This document shows, one piece after another, positions 1-8,364 of a stretch of 20,000 nt of DNA. The notes below the pieces were generated by a model. That model made no database searches and was not told the origin of the DNA. It saw nothing but the letters and a program-made list of their open reading frames with translations. A program made the translations under genes and the position numbers. The first letter of the stretch is position 1; each line of letters opens with the position of its first letter. Where the stretch lies: the IMG/VR virus record IMGVR_UViG_3300017991_003073; one strand, 5' to 3'. The DNA comes from an uncultured virus (IMG/VR IMGVR_UViG_3300017991_003073) (taxonomy: Duplodnaviria > Heunggongvirae > Uroviricota > Caudoviricetes).

Positions 1-1
1 G

Positions 2-1579
2 ATACTCACCCCAGCTGAGTTCCCATGGATCTCCGAAGGCTTCCCCTAGGGGCTGGGATTCGAGTACGTTCCCAGCAGTGTCCCGTTTGTGTCGGGTCAC
101 TCGATACCGTACTTCCCCGTGGTTTTCTCCGACGAACCCTTGAATCTGTTGGAGCCATTGCGTGGGGTTGTTCTGGTACTCGATGTAGAGGTCGGCTATG
201 TACCGCTGATAGCTGGGGTCTAGGTAGAGAAAGCGGACCCTCTTCTCCGTGTCCCCGAGCATGACAAACATCCGTTTCAGGGATACTTGTGGCGAGCCGG
301 GGTTAGGGCGGTAGTGGGGCAGGGCGTTGTAGAGGGGTCGGAGCGGTGGGGGGAGGTGTTGTAGGGCTTGCTCTTCTAGGGCGTCTTCTAGACGAGGTGC
401 TGGTTGGTGGTACCGCCCAAGAATGTTGGCGACGAGGTAGTCTCCACGGTTGATGCGGAATCCAAGCGGGACCTCTACTCGGGAGACGGTGGGTGCTTCA
501 GGTGCTTCCGGTGTGGCACGGTTGATTGCCTCACCCGGTAGGAAGGTGAAGTTGACCAGGAAAGTCAGGGCGTTCCTGGCTACCTCTGTGGTCGAAGGAT
601 TTCGCTCTCCGTAGGGGCCACTCGAAGCTGTGTATGGGGTATCCGCAAGGAGGTTGTACACCGCATGGAGAACGAAGTCGGCTACTTTCGGATCGTACCC
701 TTCGATCCACTCGACCACCGGTTGAATGATCCGGCTTTCTTCCGGGACGTTTGGATCTTCGTAGGAAGCGCGGGCCTCCGGCGAATGCAAGGCTTGTTGC
801 AGCACGTCTATGGCAGCATTACCCATCTGCCGAAGGATGGCGCTGGCGAGACTCCGGGGAGAGTTATCGAGGAGAAGGTCGTCCCCAGAGGCGTATATCC
901 ATCGGTGGCTAAGGCGCTCGATAGCTACCCATCGCATGTCTTCCAGGTACAGGCTCCGGAACCCTCTCCAACGGGCTTCGGAAACTCCGGCAAACCGTGC
1001 CCGGAAGGGCCGTTCAGCTTCCCACTGACGCATCGCTTCGCGATACGCAGCCGCATTGCGGAGATTGGTCTGTCGGATCTGGGCTTCGCGGGTAGCCCGT
1101 TCTTCAGGGGTGTACGCGCCCGCAGGCAGAGTAACGAGTTCCGGTCGTCGCGGCTCAGATGTACTTAGATACCGCTCCCCAAACACTTCGTTGGTGGCTT
1201 GTTCGGCCAGCTGTGATGCTCGTCTCCCTACTCCGCTAGCCCCTTCACCTGGAACATCGACATACCCATGATCGAGGTAGTCTTTCAGGTCCCCTAACAC
1301 CCGTGAAGCTGGTAGGGCCTCCTCGGGGCGCATGAAGTGAGCCCCCCACATTTGCAGGCTACCATCCGGGGCGATCCATTCAGGCCAAACGCCGTCAAAG
1401 AAACCGCGCCTACCGAACCACCGGTAGAAGTTGTACATGCCCCGGATGTTCACCGGCAGATCTACTCGTGCTTCCCATCCGTAGTTCGGGATAGCAAGTG
1501 TGACCCGTCGAAGCATAGTCGCCTCGGTTTCCGGGTAGACGGCAATCTGGTGCGGTAGTGTGGTCGGGGTATCCGGCAT
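2..1579 (-). CDS. Large hypothetical protein, 3' end outside window (>526 aa)
   Basis: Manual translation: ATG at 1579 (MPDTPTTLPHQIAVYPETEATMLRRVTLAIPNYGWEARVDLPVNIRGMYNFYRWFG...) stays open to the window edge (...ESQPLGEAFGDPWELSWGEY). It is absent from the ORF track because no stop falls inside the window. No family recognised. Confidence 0.85.
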   Translation of the reverse strand, partial: MPDTPTTLPHQIAVYPETEATMLRRVTLAIPNYGWEARVDLPVNIRGMYNFYRWFGRRGFFDGVWPEWIAPDGSLQMWGAHFMRPEEALPASRVLGDLKDYLDHGYVDVPGEGASGVGRRASQLAEQATNEVFGERYLSTSEPRRPELVTLPAGAYTPEERATREAQIRQTNLRNAAAYREAMRQWEAERPFRARFAGVSEARWRGFRSLYLEDMRWVAIERLSHRWIYASGDDLLLDNSPRSLASAILRQMGNAAIDVLQQALHSPEARASYEDPNVPEESRIIQPVVEWIEGYDPKVADFVLHAVYNLLADTPYTASSGPYGERNPSTTEVARNALTFLVNFTFLPGEAINRATPEAPEAPTVSRVEVPLGFRINRGDYLVANILGRYHQPAPRLEDALEEQALQHLPPPLRPLYNALPHYRPNPGSPQVSLKRMFVMLGDTEKRVRFLYLDPSYQRYIADLYIEYQNNPTQWLQQIQGFVGENHGEVRYRVTRHKRDTAGNVLESQPLGEAFGDPWELSWGEY

Positions 1580-1622
1580 GACATCTTCCGAGAGACGGCT
1601 TTGGTGCCCCCTATAATGACGC

Positions 1623-1651
1623 GGCCCCCGTCTGGGGTCCAGACGAGGGCC
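1623..1651 (-). other. Strong intergenic RNA hairpin
   Basis: Minus-strand GGCCCTCGTCTGG-ACC-CCAGACGGGGGCC gives a 13-bp stem with one G-U pair (the same position is a mismatch on the plus strand). It lies between two co-oriented minus genes and has no U-tract. Confidence 0.55.
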
Positions 1652-1690
1652 TTGTCCTCTCCGTTTCGGCGGTCGGGAGTCAAGTTGAGG

Positions 1691-2059
1691 CTAGCGCCCC
1701 TTCTTGAACATTCCGGCGGCGAGGTAGCCGACGAGGCCACCCAGCAACAGGGTACCGAAGTTCATCCCCCCACCCTGTTGCGCTTGCTGACCGACGACGC
1801 GGCCACCGGCCACGAGAGTCGGGTCCAGCACCACGCGACCAGTGGTCAACGAGGGCTGCTTACGCGGGTTGCAGGAGACGAACGATCCCCCCTGGTAGAC
1901 CTTGGTGACACCGTCTTCGCCCACTCGCGAACCCATCATGCCCTCGGGGACACGACAGATGGGGCTCGACCCCGGAGTGGAACCTTGGTACGCCTTTGCG
2001 GGGCGCGTCCGGCGACGGGCACCCACGGTCTCGCCGGGCATTGGCGGCATGACGCTCAT
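1691..2059 (-). CDS. Small protein with C-terminal membrane anchor (122 aa)
   Basis: Start refined to ATG 2059, preceded by AAGGAG. The C-terminal hydrophobic stretch FGTLLLGGLVGYLAAGMF is followed by basic KKGR. Confidence 0.8.
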   Translation of the reverse strand: MSVMPPMPGETVGARRRTRPAKAYQGSTPGSSPICRVPEGMMGSRVGEDGVTKVYQGGSFVSCNPRKQPSLTTGRVVLDPTLVAGGRVVGQQAQQGGGMNFGTLLLGGLVGYLAAGMFKKGR

Positions 2060-2175
2060 GTGAGTTACTCCTTCTCGGACCAGGAACGGAGAGTTGCCGC
2101 GATGTGCGTAGCGCGGACTTGGGCCGATGGGGGGATGGTAGCTCGAAGAAAAAGCCGTTGTCCATACCCTAGAGG

Positions 2176-3579
2176 TCACGAAAGCCGCTCAGAAAAAATC
2201 TTTGTCGATACCTGGGGCTCAACTCCTGCCAGGATTTTCCTCAGCCCTTGGCAGAATACCCCCTGAACCAGGGAGGTTTCAGAAGGGTCCATGTCCAGTA
2301 ACACCTCGTCGTGAGCCAGTAGTACCGGCTTCCAGGCCCGGTTTTTCTGGATGAGATCGAGACACCCTACGACCACCGAGTCGATGACCGGTGCTTGGAG
2401 ATGGACCGCTGCAATGGATCGGCCCGTCCCTTTTCCCTTCCAACGCCTTCCGTGGTACGAGACCGCAGGCCGTTGGGCACCTGCTTGGAGGTCGAGATCA
2501 CGACGCCACCGATCCAAGGGGAACCGCTTGACCAAGGTGCGATAGATCTGACCTTCTTGGGAAGGACCGAGGCCTACCGCATCCCGGAGTCCTTCCTGCA
2601 CTTTCTGATGCGTAGCGAGGTAGGCATACTGGAAGAACATCGCCTTGGTCACCTCTCGCGAAGGTTCGGCCCCAGCTACCGACTGAATGATCTCGGTATT
2701 CTCTGCGTGTACGTCTCTACCTTCATGGAGCATGTCCCATAGCACCCTTCCACGCTCGTCTTCGGGGTACCTATGCTTCCACGCTAAAGCCAGTGAACAC
2801 ACCTCTGCGCCTCGGAGGTCTAGACTAACGAAGCTGTTACCTTCCGAAGGTATCAGCAATCCACGCGGTGCCTCTGGGTCGTTGCTGTGGTCGAACCCCT
2901 GCACCTGTGGATTCTCGGCCATCAGCCGTGCCGTCCCCAACCGCCGGTACGTTGGATGGATCCGACCATCATTTCGCAAAGCCTCAGCTACAGCCTCACG
3001 AGATCTGGTCCACCGTGTGGGAGCCCCTCCTGTTGGGGCCATCCGTAGTCGTGTGATGTCTACTGCAACCCCGTTCCACGTTACTTGGAGAGCGATGGCG
3101 TTGCCTAGGGTCTCCAAGGGGAGTGCGTAGGGGTACACCTTACGAGCAAGGGACGTGGCCTCGTGCTTCACTGGAGTGTAGGCCCGGACCCGTGCGAACA
3201 TGCCTTCCCCTGCGGATAGGGTTTTGGCTGGATCGAGGTATAGCTTCTGGGTGATGATATTTGGATTGACCGGGGCTGCTAAGCGGTTCAAGTCTTCGAG
3301 CGAGACGACGTTCCCGGTGCGTAGATGGTCAAGTAGGGCCGGAAGACATGGTAGGTCGTGCCAGAGGGCAACGGCGATCACCTTTGCCCAGTCGAGCGTA
3401 AACAAGAGGGGGGATCTCTCTCGGAGTTGCGTGGCTAGGGTGTTGAGCCCTCTCACCCCAGCGTAGCGACGTGTCCCTTTACAGGAATGAACCCGTATCC
3501 CTGCGACAACTTCGGGGGCCGGTGGTAGACTCCAATCGTGCGGATCGAACTCAACTATGGCAGCAGCTGTATGACTCAT
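2176..3579 (-). CDS. Divergent family A DNA polymerase (degenerate 3'-5' exonuclease, thumb largely deleted), ~467 aa
   Basis: PolA motifs in order: NGVAVD; DGRIHPTY...TARLMAENPQVQ (TGRLSSxxPNLQ); motif A SLDLRGAEV; DVH; motif B REVTKAMFFQYAY; GRR; HLQ...D; motif C LAHDEVL. Start is ATG 3579 or GTG 3591. Confidence 0.85.
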   Translation of the reverse strand: MSHTAAAIVEFDPHDWSLPPAPEVVAGIRVHSCKGTRRYAGVRGLNTLATQLRERSPLLFTLDWAKVIAVALWHDLPCLPALLDHLRTGNVVSLEDLNRLAAPVNPNIITQKLYLDPAKTLSAGEGMFARVRAYTPVKHEATSLARKVYPYALPLETLGNAIALQVTWNGVAVDITRLRMAPTGGAPTRWTRSREAVAEALRNDGRIHPTYRRLGTARLMAENPQVQGFDHSNDPEAPRGLLIPSEGNSFVSLDLRGAEVCSLALAWKHRYPEDERGRVLWDMLHEGRDVHAENTEIIQSVAGAEPSREVTKAMFFQYAYLATHQKVQEGLRDAVGLGPSQEGQIYRTLVKRFPLDRWRRDLDLQAGAQRPAVSYHGRRWKGKGTGRSIAAVHLQAPVIDSVVVGCLDLIQKNRAWKPVLLAHDEVLLDMDPSETSLVQGVFCQGLRKILAGVEPQVSTKIFSERLS

Positions 3580-4437
3580 AAGCGCGAACACACGAAGGAT
3601 GAGGTCCGGAAATGCTTGCGGGTTCTCGGTGCTGAGAAGGCCGGGGACTTAGATCAAGTGAAGTACGCCTATCGTGTGCTTGCGAAGCAGTACCACCCTG
3701 ATCGGTCGAAGGCAGCGGATGCAGAAGAGAGGTTCAAGGAAATCAACGAAGCGCACCGAGTGGTGTTAGAGTGGGTAAGAGAACAGGGTGGGGAATTGCC
3801 TTTGGAGGAACCAGAACGCGATATCTTCGATTGGGGAGAGGGGGCGGAGAGGGATTTCATTCGAGATCTAGTGGGGCGGGGACGAGGGCGAGTGTCGTCT
3901 CGGAAGAAGGTTGTGCAGGTGGATCTCCAAGACATCTTCGGGGAGTTCGTCGCAGGGGCTGTGTTCTTGGGAGGGGTCCTTTTCAAGAACGTGGTCCAGG
4001 AAGTTCGGCGTTCTGCGGAAGTGCGTCCGGTTGGGGTACCACCGAAGTCGAGTCCTATGAACTCTGCGAAGATCGAACCTAAAGGTAAACGACCGCATCC
4101 TGTTGGGCGTGTGGGTAGAAGTGGTGTGAATGGTGATGCGGCGGTAGGTCCCGTTCCCGCAGCAGCTGTTCGTAACAGGCAGCATCAACAACGGCCCTCT
4201 GCTGGTGTCCGCTTGCACCCGGTCTACCCGGCCTTTCGTGTTAAGGCCCAGGAGTACCGGCAGTTTGTGAAACGGATCCAGGAGAACCGTTTGGTAGAGT
4301 CCTCGATCCAGGGTGAGATCTGGACCCTGGACGGCAAGAAATCTATGGGCGGCACCTTCCAGGCTAGTCTAGCGCCCAATGGGCAGATCCTGTATATTCA
4401 CGGCAGTCCGTATCAGATAAAGGTTGTCCCAGCATGA
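3571..4437 (+). CDS. J-domain (DnaJ-like) protein with unrelated C-terminal region, ~288 aa
   Basis: CLRVLG...VKYAYRVLAKQYHPDRSKAADAEERFKEINEAHRVV is a J-domain with an intact HPD. There is no G/F-rich region or CxxCxGxG repeat. Hydrophobic segment FVAGAVFLGGVLF follows. First ATG is at 3571. Confidence 0.88.
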   Translation: MTHKREHTKDEVRKCLRVLGAEKAGDLDQVKYAYRVLAKQYHPDRSKAADAEERFKEINEAHRVVLEWVREQGGELPLEEPERDIFDWGEGAERDFIRDLVGRGRGRVSSRKKVVQVDLQDIFGEFVAGAVFLGGVLFKNVVQEVRRSAEVRPVGVPPKSSPMNSAKIEPKGKRPHPVGRVGRSGVNGDAAVGPVPAAAVRNRQHQQRPSAGVRLHPVYPAFRVKAQEYRQFVKRIQENRLVESSIQGEIWTLDGKKSMGGTFQASLAPNGQILYIHGSPYQIKVVPA

Positions 4438-5000
4438 GCATTCCTCCACCGACCATAGGCGTCACGCGAAGCATCTTCCGCCCAGGGCGTTGTGGTGTTG
4501 CTAGGGCCGGAAATGTGGGATCTCCGGTAGTACGGAGTCGCGTGGTTGGGGCCTCTCCCCAAACCGACTCCCCCTACGTTCCGCCATCGCCCTCATCGGT
4601 ACGGGATCTGCAAAACCTCGTGCGACAGCAGCACGAGGAGGTGCTACGGGGAATCGTGGGCCTCCACGACGAGCATGATGACACCCAGCTGGGGTTGGCG
4701 CGAGTTGAGGAGAGGGTTGGTGAGAAGAAGACCTTCCTCCAGGAACTGATGCGTGATTTCCTCAAATCTGGTGCGACGGTCGCCGCGAGCGTGATCGTGA
4801 CGTTCATGGTGCAGCGGATGATCGCAAAGCGCCGGGAGGATGAGGAGGCGAGAGGTGGAGGTGGAGGAGACGACGGCGAGGATGAAGAAGCGGGTATGGC
4901 TGAGGCTTCTGCTACTGCGATGAACCTAGCAGCTGCCTCCGCATCCACTTCGGGCTACGACCCGGACTACGACGACTTCGAGGACGGGTGGGAAGAATAA
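4434..5000 (+). CDS. Hypothetical membrane protein with coiled-coil-like segment and acidic tail (188 aa)
   Basis: ATGA overlap with the upstream stop. Hydrophobic segment GATVAASVIVTFMV, then a Gly run and D/E-rich C-terminus. Confidence 0.8.
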   Translation: MSIPPPTIGVTRSIFRPGRCGVARAGNVGSPVVRSRVVGASPQTDSPYVPPSPSSVRDLQNLVRQQHEEVLRGIVGLHDEHDDTQLGLARVEERVGEKKTFLQELMRDFLKSGATVAASVIVTFMVQRMIAKRREDEEARGGGGGDDGEDEEAGMAEASATAMNLAAASASTSGYDPDYDDFEDGWEE

Positions 5001-5029
5001 TCGGATTTTTCCGTTATTAGGGTATTGAC

Positions 5030-5058
5030 TTGAACTAACCCGGTACCAGGGCTACTAT
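5030..5058 (+). promoter_or_regulatory. Sigma70-like promoter
   Basis: TTGAAC (5030-5035), 17-bp spacer, TACTAT (5053-5058), in an AT-rich intergenic island about 40 nt upstream of ATG 5101. Confidence 0.55.
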
Positions 5059-5100
5059 TAAGTAAGCCCGCTCGGGATTTCCCGGTTACGGAAGGTCCGA

Positions 5101-5322
5101 ATGCCCGAGAATAAACCACCACAGAAAGGCAAGAACGTCGTCGCCCGTCGCGCATGGCTGGAGACGCACTTCACGTTCGTATGCCCTAACTGTGAGCAGG
5201 AGAACGAGAGTGTGGCGTTAGGTTCACCCACGGCTACGGTTGGGCGTTGCTGTAAGTGCGGACAGGTGGTTCATATCCGCCAAGCGATGCCGAAAGTAGG
5301 TACACGCCCAGTGGCGGGGTAG
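5101..5322 (+). CDS. Small zinc-ribbon protein (73 aa)
   Basis: CPNC...CCKC pairs; GGAAGG upstream of the ATG; lies downstream of the predicted promoter. Confidence 0.8.
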   Translation: MPENKPPQKGKNVVARRAWLETHFTFVCPNCEQENESVALGSPTATVGRCCKCGQVVHIRQAMPKVGTRPVAG

Positions 5323-5351
5323 TGCGCCAGCCGATTCGAGGGGATAGGATT

Positions 5352-5379
5352 GGAGCGTCTCTGGCGCTCCTTTTTCTTT
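5352..5379 (+). terminator. Intrinsic terminator (possibly part of an attenuator)
   Basis: Stem-loop GGAGCGT-CTCTG-GCGCTCC followed by TTTTTCTTT. Confidence 0.75.
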
Positions 5380-5391
5380 GCGGAGGTCGAT

Positions 5392-5943
5392 ATGAACTCC
5401 CAGTTCCACCCGTTGTGCTACCCGTACTCTGCTGAGTACAACTCCGCCCCTTACGAGGGTATGGCGAGCAACCGGCTACCACTGGTCCCCTCGAATGCTC
5501 CGAGCCGATACGGGCGCACCGTGCCGCCTAAAATCGGGATCAACACCGCGTTCCCGATGGTCCCGGAGCGTGAGAGCCCGATGGTGTTCACTCCCCGTGC
5601 CCGGTGCATCGTCGCTAAGGCAGAGGCCTTGCGTGACATGTTCGCCAAAGCCCTAGCAGCGCGGATGCGGGTGGATGGTGGTGTCTCTTCGATGATCGGG
5701 TCCTTCTACTTAATGGCAGCGAACATGGCCTCGGAGGTCTCATCGCTGTACGGGTTTGCCTCGGAAGGCGAGATGATCCGCAAACTCCAGATGGCCGCGT
5801 ACAAGGCGGGGCAGGGGCGGAAGTATGGACTCGCCCCAGGACGTGGACCGGCCTCCGTAGCAGAGGTAATCGTCTCGGCTGCGATTGCACAATCGAAAGC
5901 GTGGTTCGGAGAGTTGCCTCGACGCTACTGGACCATCGACTAG
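5392..5943 (+). CDS. Hypothetical protein (183 aa)
   Basis: Start refined to ATG 5392 with GGAGG at 5382-5386. Its stop overlaps the convergent gene's stop in CTAG (5940-5943). Confidence 0.8.
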   Translation: MNSQFHPLCYPYSAEYNSAPYEGMASNRLPLVPSNAPSRYGRTVPPKIGINTAFPMVPERESPMVFTPRARCIVAKAEALRDMFAKALAARMRVDGGVSSMIGSFYLMAANMASEVSSLYGFASEGEMIRKLQMAAYKAGQGRKYGLAPGRGPASVAEVIVSAAIAQSKAWFGELPRRYWTID

Positions 5944-6785
5944 CCGGTCCCGCGATCCAGTGGGCGGAAATTGGGGGCGCTACTGTCGCGGAGCCATTCC
6001 GGGACGGGAGCGCCTCCCCCTTTGGCCCGTTCGATCTTGCTCGGGTCGGGGTAGCACACGCTGGAGGGGGAGATCATCAGGAGGCTCTCGGGCACAGAGA
6101 TCTTGCGACCTTTCCCGCACTTCGCCTCCCCCTTCGGCGGCAGGTACGCCCAGGCCTCTTGCACCACGAGATCGATCCCAGCTACTCGTTTACCCATCGC
6201 GCAGGGCATCGTTGAGCGAGGGACGGTTTGGTCACACTCGTGGGGGATCTCCGGGAGGACGACGGTGGCCGTACAGCCCTCGTAGGACAACGTCTTGATG
6301 GGGATGACGCTATCGCCCGTGAACTTGGTAAGGCTCAACTCCTCCGCCGAGGGCTTGCGCCCGAGCATGAAGTCCAGGTCGAGGAAGTTGTAGGTGACTC
6401 GCAGTTCTCCTCGGACATTGTCGTCCACCTGCCTCTCGATCCAGTAGGAGAGCAACACCCGTAGTCTCGCTAACTCTTCGCGGCGGAAGCGGAGGCCCCA
6501 CTGCTTCGCAGGTTCGCCGTTCCTGCGTCTGCGGTTAGGGATAGGCTGGTCCAACAACATCCCGGCTAGCTGTATCAACTCGAAGGCTCGTTGGATGGAA
6601 CCGCGCCCGTGCTTCCGTAACGACCACCCGCGCTGGACGCCTCGCAGTAGATCGGCCTCCACTAGCCAAGCCGCTTGGTTCTCGAAGATGATTTTCTCGG
6701 AGTAGCCACCCTTAGTTTGGTAGCTGCGGATCATGGGGAGGCCGGATGGGATGACCATGTACGCGGACGTTACGCTACTGTCCAT
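5940..6785 (-). CDS. Hypothetical protein (281 aa) with Cys-containing C-terminal region
   Basis: Longest ORF in the interval, ATG start, fills the gap between the convergent gene and the non-coding region at 6786-7124. No family recognised. Confidence 0.75.
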   Translation of the reverse strand: MDSSVTSAYMVIPSGLPMIRSYQTKGGYSEKIIFENQAAWLVEADLLRGVQRGWSLRKHGRGSIQRAFELIQLAGMLLDQPIPNRRRRNGEPAKQWGLRFRREELARLRVLLSYWIERQVDDNVRGELRVTYNFLDLDFMLGRKPSAEELSLTKFTGDSVIPIKTLSYEGCTATVVLPEIPHECDQTVPRSTMPCAMGKRVAGIDLVVQEAWAYLPPKGEAKCGKGRKISVPESLLMISPSSVCYPDPSKIERAKGGGAPVPEWLRDSSAPNFRPLDRGTG

Positions 6786-6947
6786 AGGTTGGTGCCACCA
6801 TGTAGATACAGAGCAAAGAAGCGGGAGTTCAAAACGCGGGTAGCTGCCGATGATACTCCTGGGGCTTAGCTGGGGTCAAGGATCGGCAAGGGGGTCCGAG
6901 GGTCCATCAAGAAGGTGTAGTGAGGCAGGTGTTCGTGGGTGTGAGGT

Positions 6948-6972
6948 TCGAAACCGGAAAACTTTTTCACTT
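6948..6972. repeat. 25-bp leader motif, copy 1 (operator-like)
   Basis: TCGAAACCGGAAAACTTTTTCACTT, 22/25 identical to 14810-14834. Confidence 0.75.
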
Positions 6973-7133
6973 CTCTATCTGTCAGGATTTCGGAGGTTGT
7001 ACCTTTCCTCGCGCAGAAAAAGTTCCATTTTTGCGGTTTATGGATGCTTTTGGACATTCTACGTCACTATATTGGATATCGGGCTCGCTGGGAGCCTGAA
7101 TCTGACCATTCTTACTGCGGAGGAATGAGAGAG

Positions 7134-8360
7134 ATGACTGAGAACGTACCTGCTGCCCGAAGACTCACCCGATACCCTAAGGAGATGGTGCGAGCCGCGA
7201 TGCAAAGGGCCACCGAGGTAATGGCGAATCGCATCGATGCCGTGGTGCCCTTGGGGTGGTGCGCTGTGACGACCATCCCAACACCGACGCCCAGTACGGA
7301 ACAGAACCCCGAGGGCAAGGAACTGGCAGTCCAGTTCGACCTGTCGCGGGACTTGAGCGGCGTCTTCACAGACACGTCCCTCCACGACCGGATCTTCCGG
7401 CTCACCACGAAGGGTCTTCGGGACATCCTCAACCCTGAGGGGACCGTCAGCGTCGGGGTCTCGCACCACGACAATCAGGTCAAGACAGGACGGCTCGATC
7501 TGCTGGCGGAGTACCTGACCCAGCTGTTTCGACACTCCAGTTTGCGGGATCGGCTGCGGCTCTTCCGGGGAGTGGACAACGTCCCTCGCGGAGACTTCGA
7601 CGCGACCGGGGCCATCCGTTCGGTCAACTCAACGGCCTACCTTCGGATCGATACCGCCGACATCCTGGAGATCGTTATGGGTAAGGTTGAGGAGAAAGGC
7701 CTCGACATCCTCAACTTCCGCTACACCGATTTCGGTGAGCATATGAGCATGTACGTCGTGGATCCCAACCTCAGCTTTTCGCTGGAGGGTCGGAAGGATG
7801 ATGGGGCAGGGGGTCTTCACCACGGGCTTTGTCGGATCTCCGCGTCGGAGACCGGGCAGGGGTCGATCCGCGTCGAGCCGGGGGTGCTGACAGGGGCCTG
7901 TGTGAACGGTCAGGTCTTCACGTCCTTCTTCAAGCGCAAGTACCACGTCACTGGTCACGCCGACGAAATGGGAATCTGGGCCGAGGACACGCAGCAGCAG
8001 CGCGTTCGCACCGTCCTCATGGAGGTCCGGGACATGATCGCCTCCAGCTTCTCCGACGAGACCTTCATCGGGTTCGCTAACCGGATTCGGGAGGCCGCTG
8101 GCGAAGAGATCTCCGAGAAGCAGGCCAAGCGGATCCTCAAGGTGGAGTTGGGCAAACACGACGCCACCAAGGGCAAGGAAACCATGGAAGCGATGCTGAA
8201 CCGCTTCATGGGGCAGTTCAGTGCCAAGCCGCAGCAGACTCGTTACGACCTCGCCCAGGTCGTCAACGGGGACCGTGAGTACGACGCCGACACCGACCTC
8301 GCTACGGTGCTGGAGGACATCTCCGGTACGATCCTGATGCAGGGCTCGCGCACGGAGTAG
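7134..8360 (+). CDS. DUF932-like phage/plasmid protein (~408 aa)
   Basis: IRSVNSTAYLRIDTADILEIV and ISASETGQGSIRVEPGVLTGACVNG resemble the RAxxSxxYxxIDN and ISNSExGxxSxxV...CxNG patterns of DUF932/DUF945-type proteins. GGAGG at 7119-7123 favours ATG 7134 (alternative 7125). Confidence 0.7.
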   Translation: MTENVPAARRLTRYPKEMVRAAMQRATEVMANRIDAVVPLGWCAVTTIPTPTPSTEQNPEGKELAVQFDLSRDLSGVFTDTSLHDRIFRLTTKGLRDILNPEGTVSVGVSHHDNQVKTGRLDLLAEYLTQLFRHSSLRDRLRLFRGVDNVPRGDFDATGAIRSVNSTAYLRIDTADILEIVMGKVEEKGLDILNFRYTDFGEHMSMYVVDPNLSFSLEGRKDDGAGGLHHGLCRISASETGQGSIRVEPGVLTGACVNGQVFTSFFKRKYHVTGHADEMGIWAEDTQQQRVRTVLMEVRDMIASSFSDETFIGFANRIREAAGEEISEKQAKRILKVELGKHDATKGKETMEAMLNRFMGQFSAKPQQTRYDLAQVVNGDREYDADTDLATVLEDISGTILMQGSRTE

Positions 8361-8364
8361 GGGT

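Noticed and set aside
25..1558. Plus-strand ORFs 25-264, 665-1168, 810-1028, 1056-1271 and 1337-1558
   Set aside because: Antisense shadows of the long minus-strand ORF <2-1579; no recognisable motifs.
1601..2266. 221-aa plus-strand ORF and nearby TATAAT at 1612-1617
   Set aside because: The ORF is antisense to the RBS-supported 1691-2059 gene. The TATAAT has no matching -35 and lies inside this ORF.
6913..6960. tRNA-like GGTTCGAAAC (and ATTCGAGTCCC near 17125)
   Set aside because: The T-stem does not pair, and no acceptor or anticodon arms can be built.
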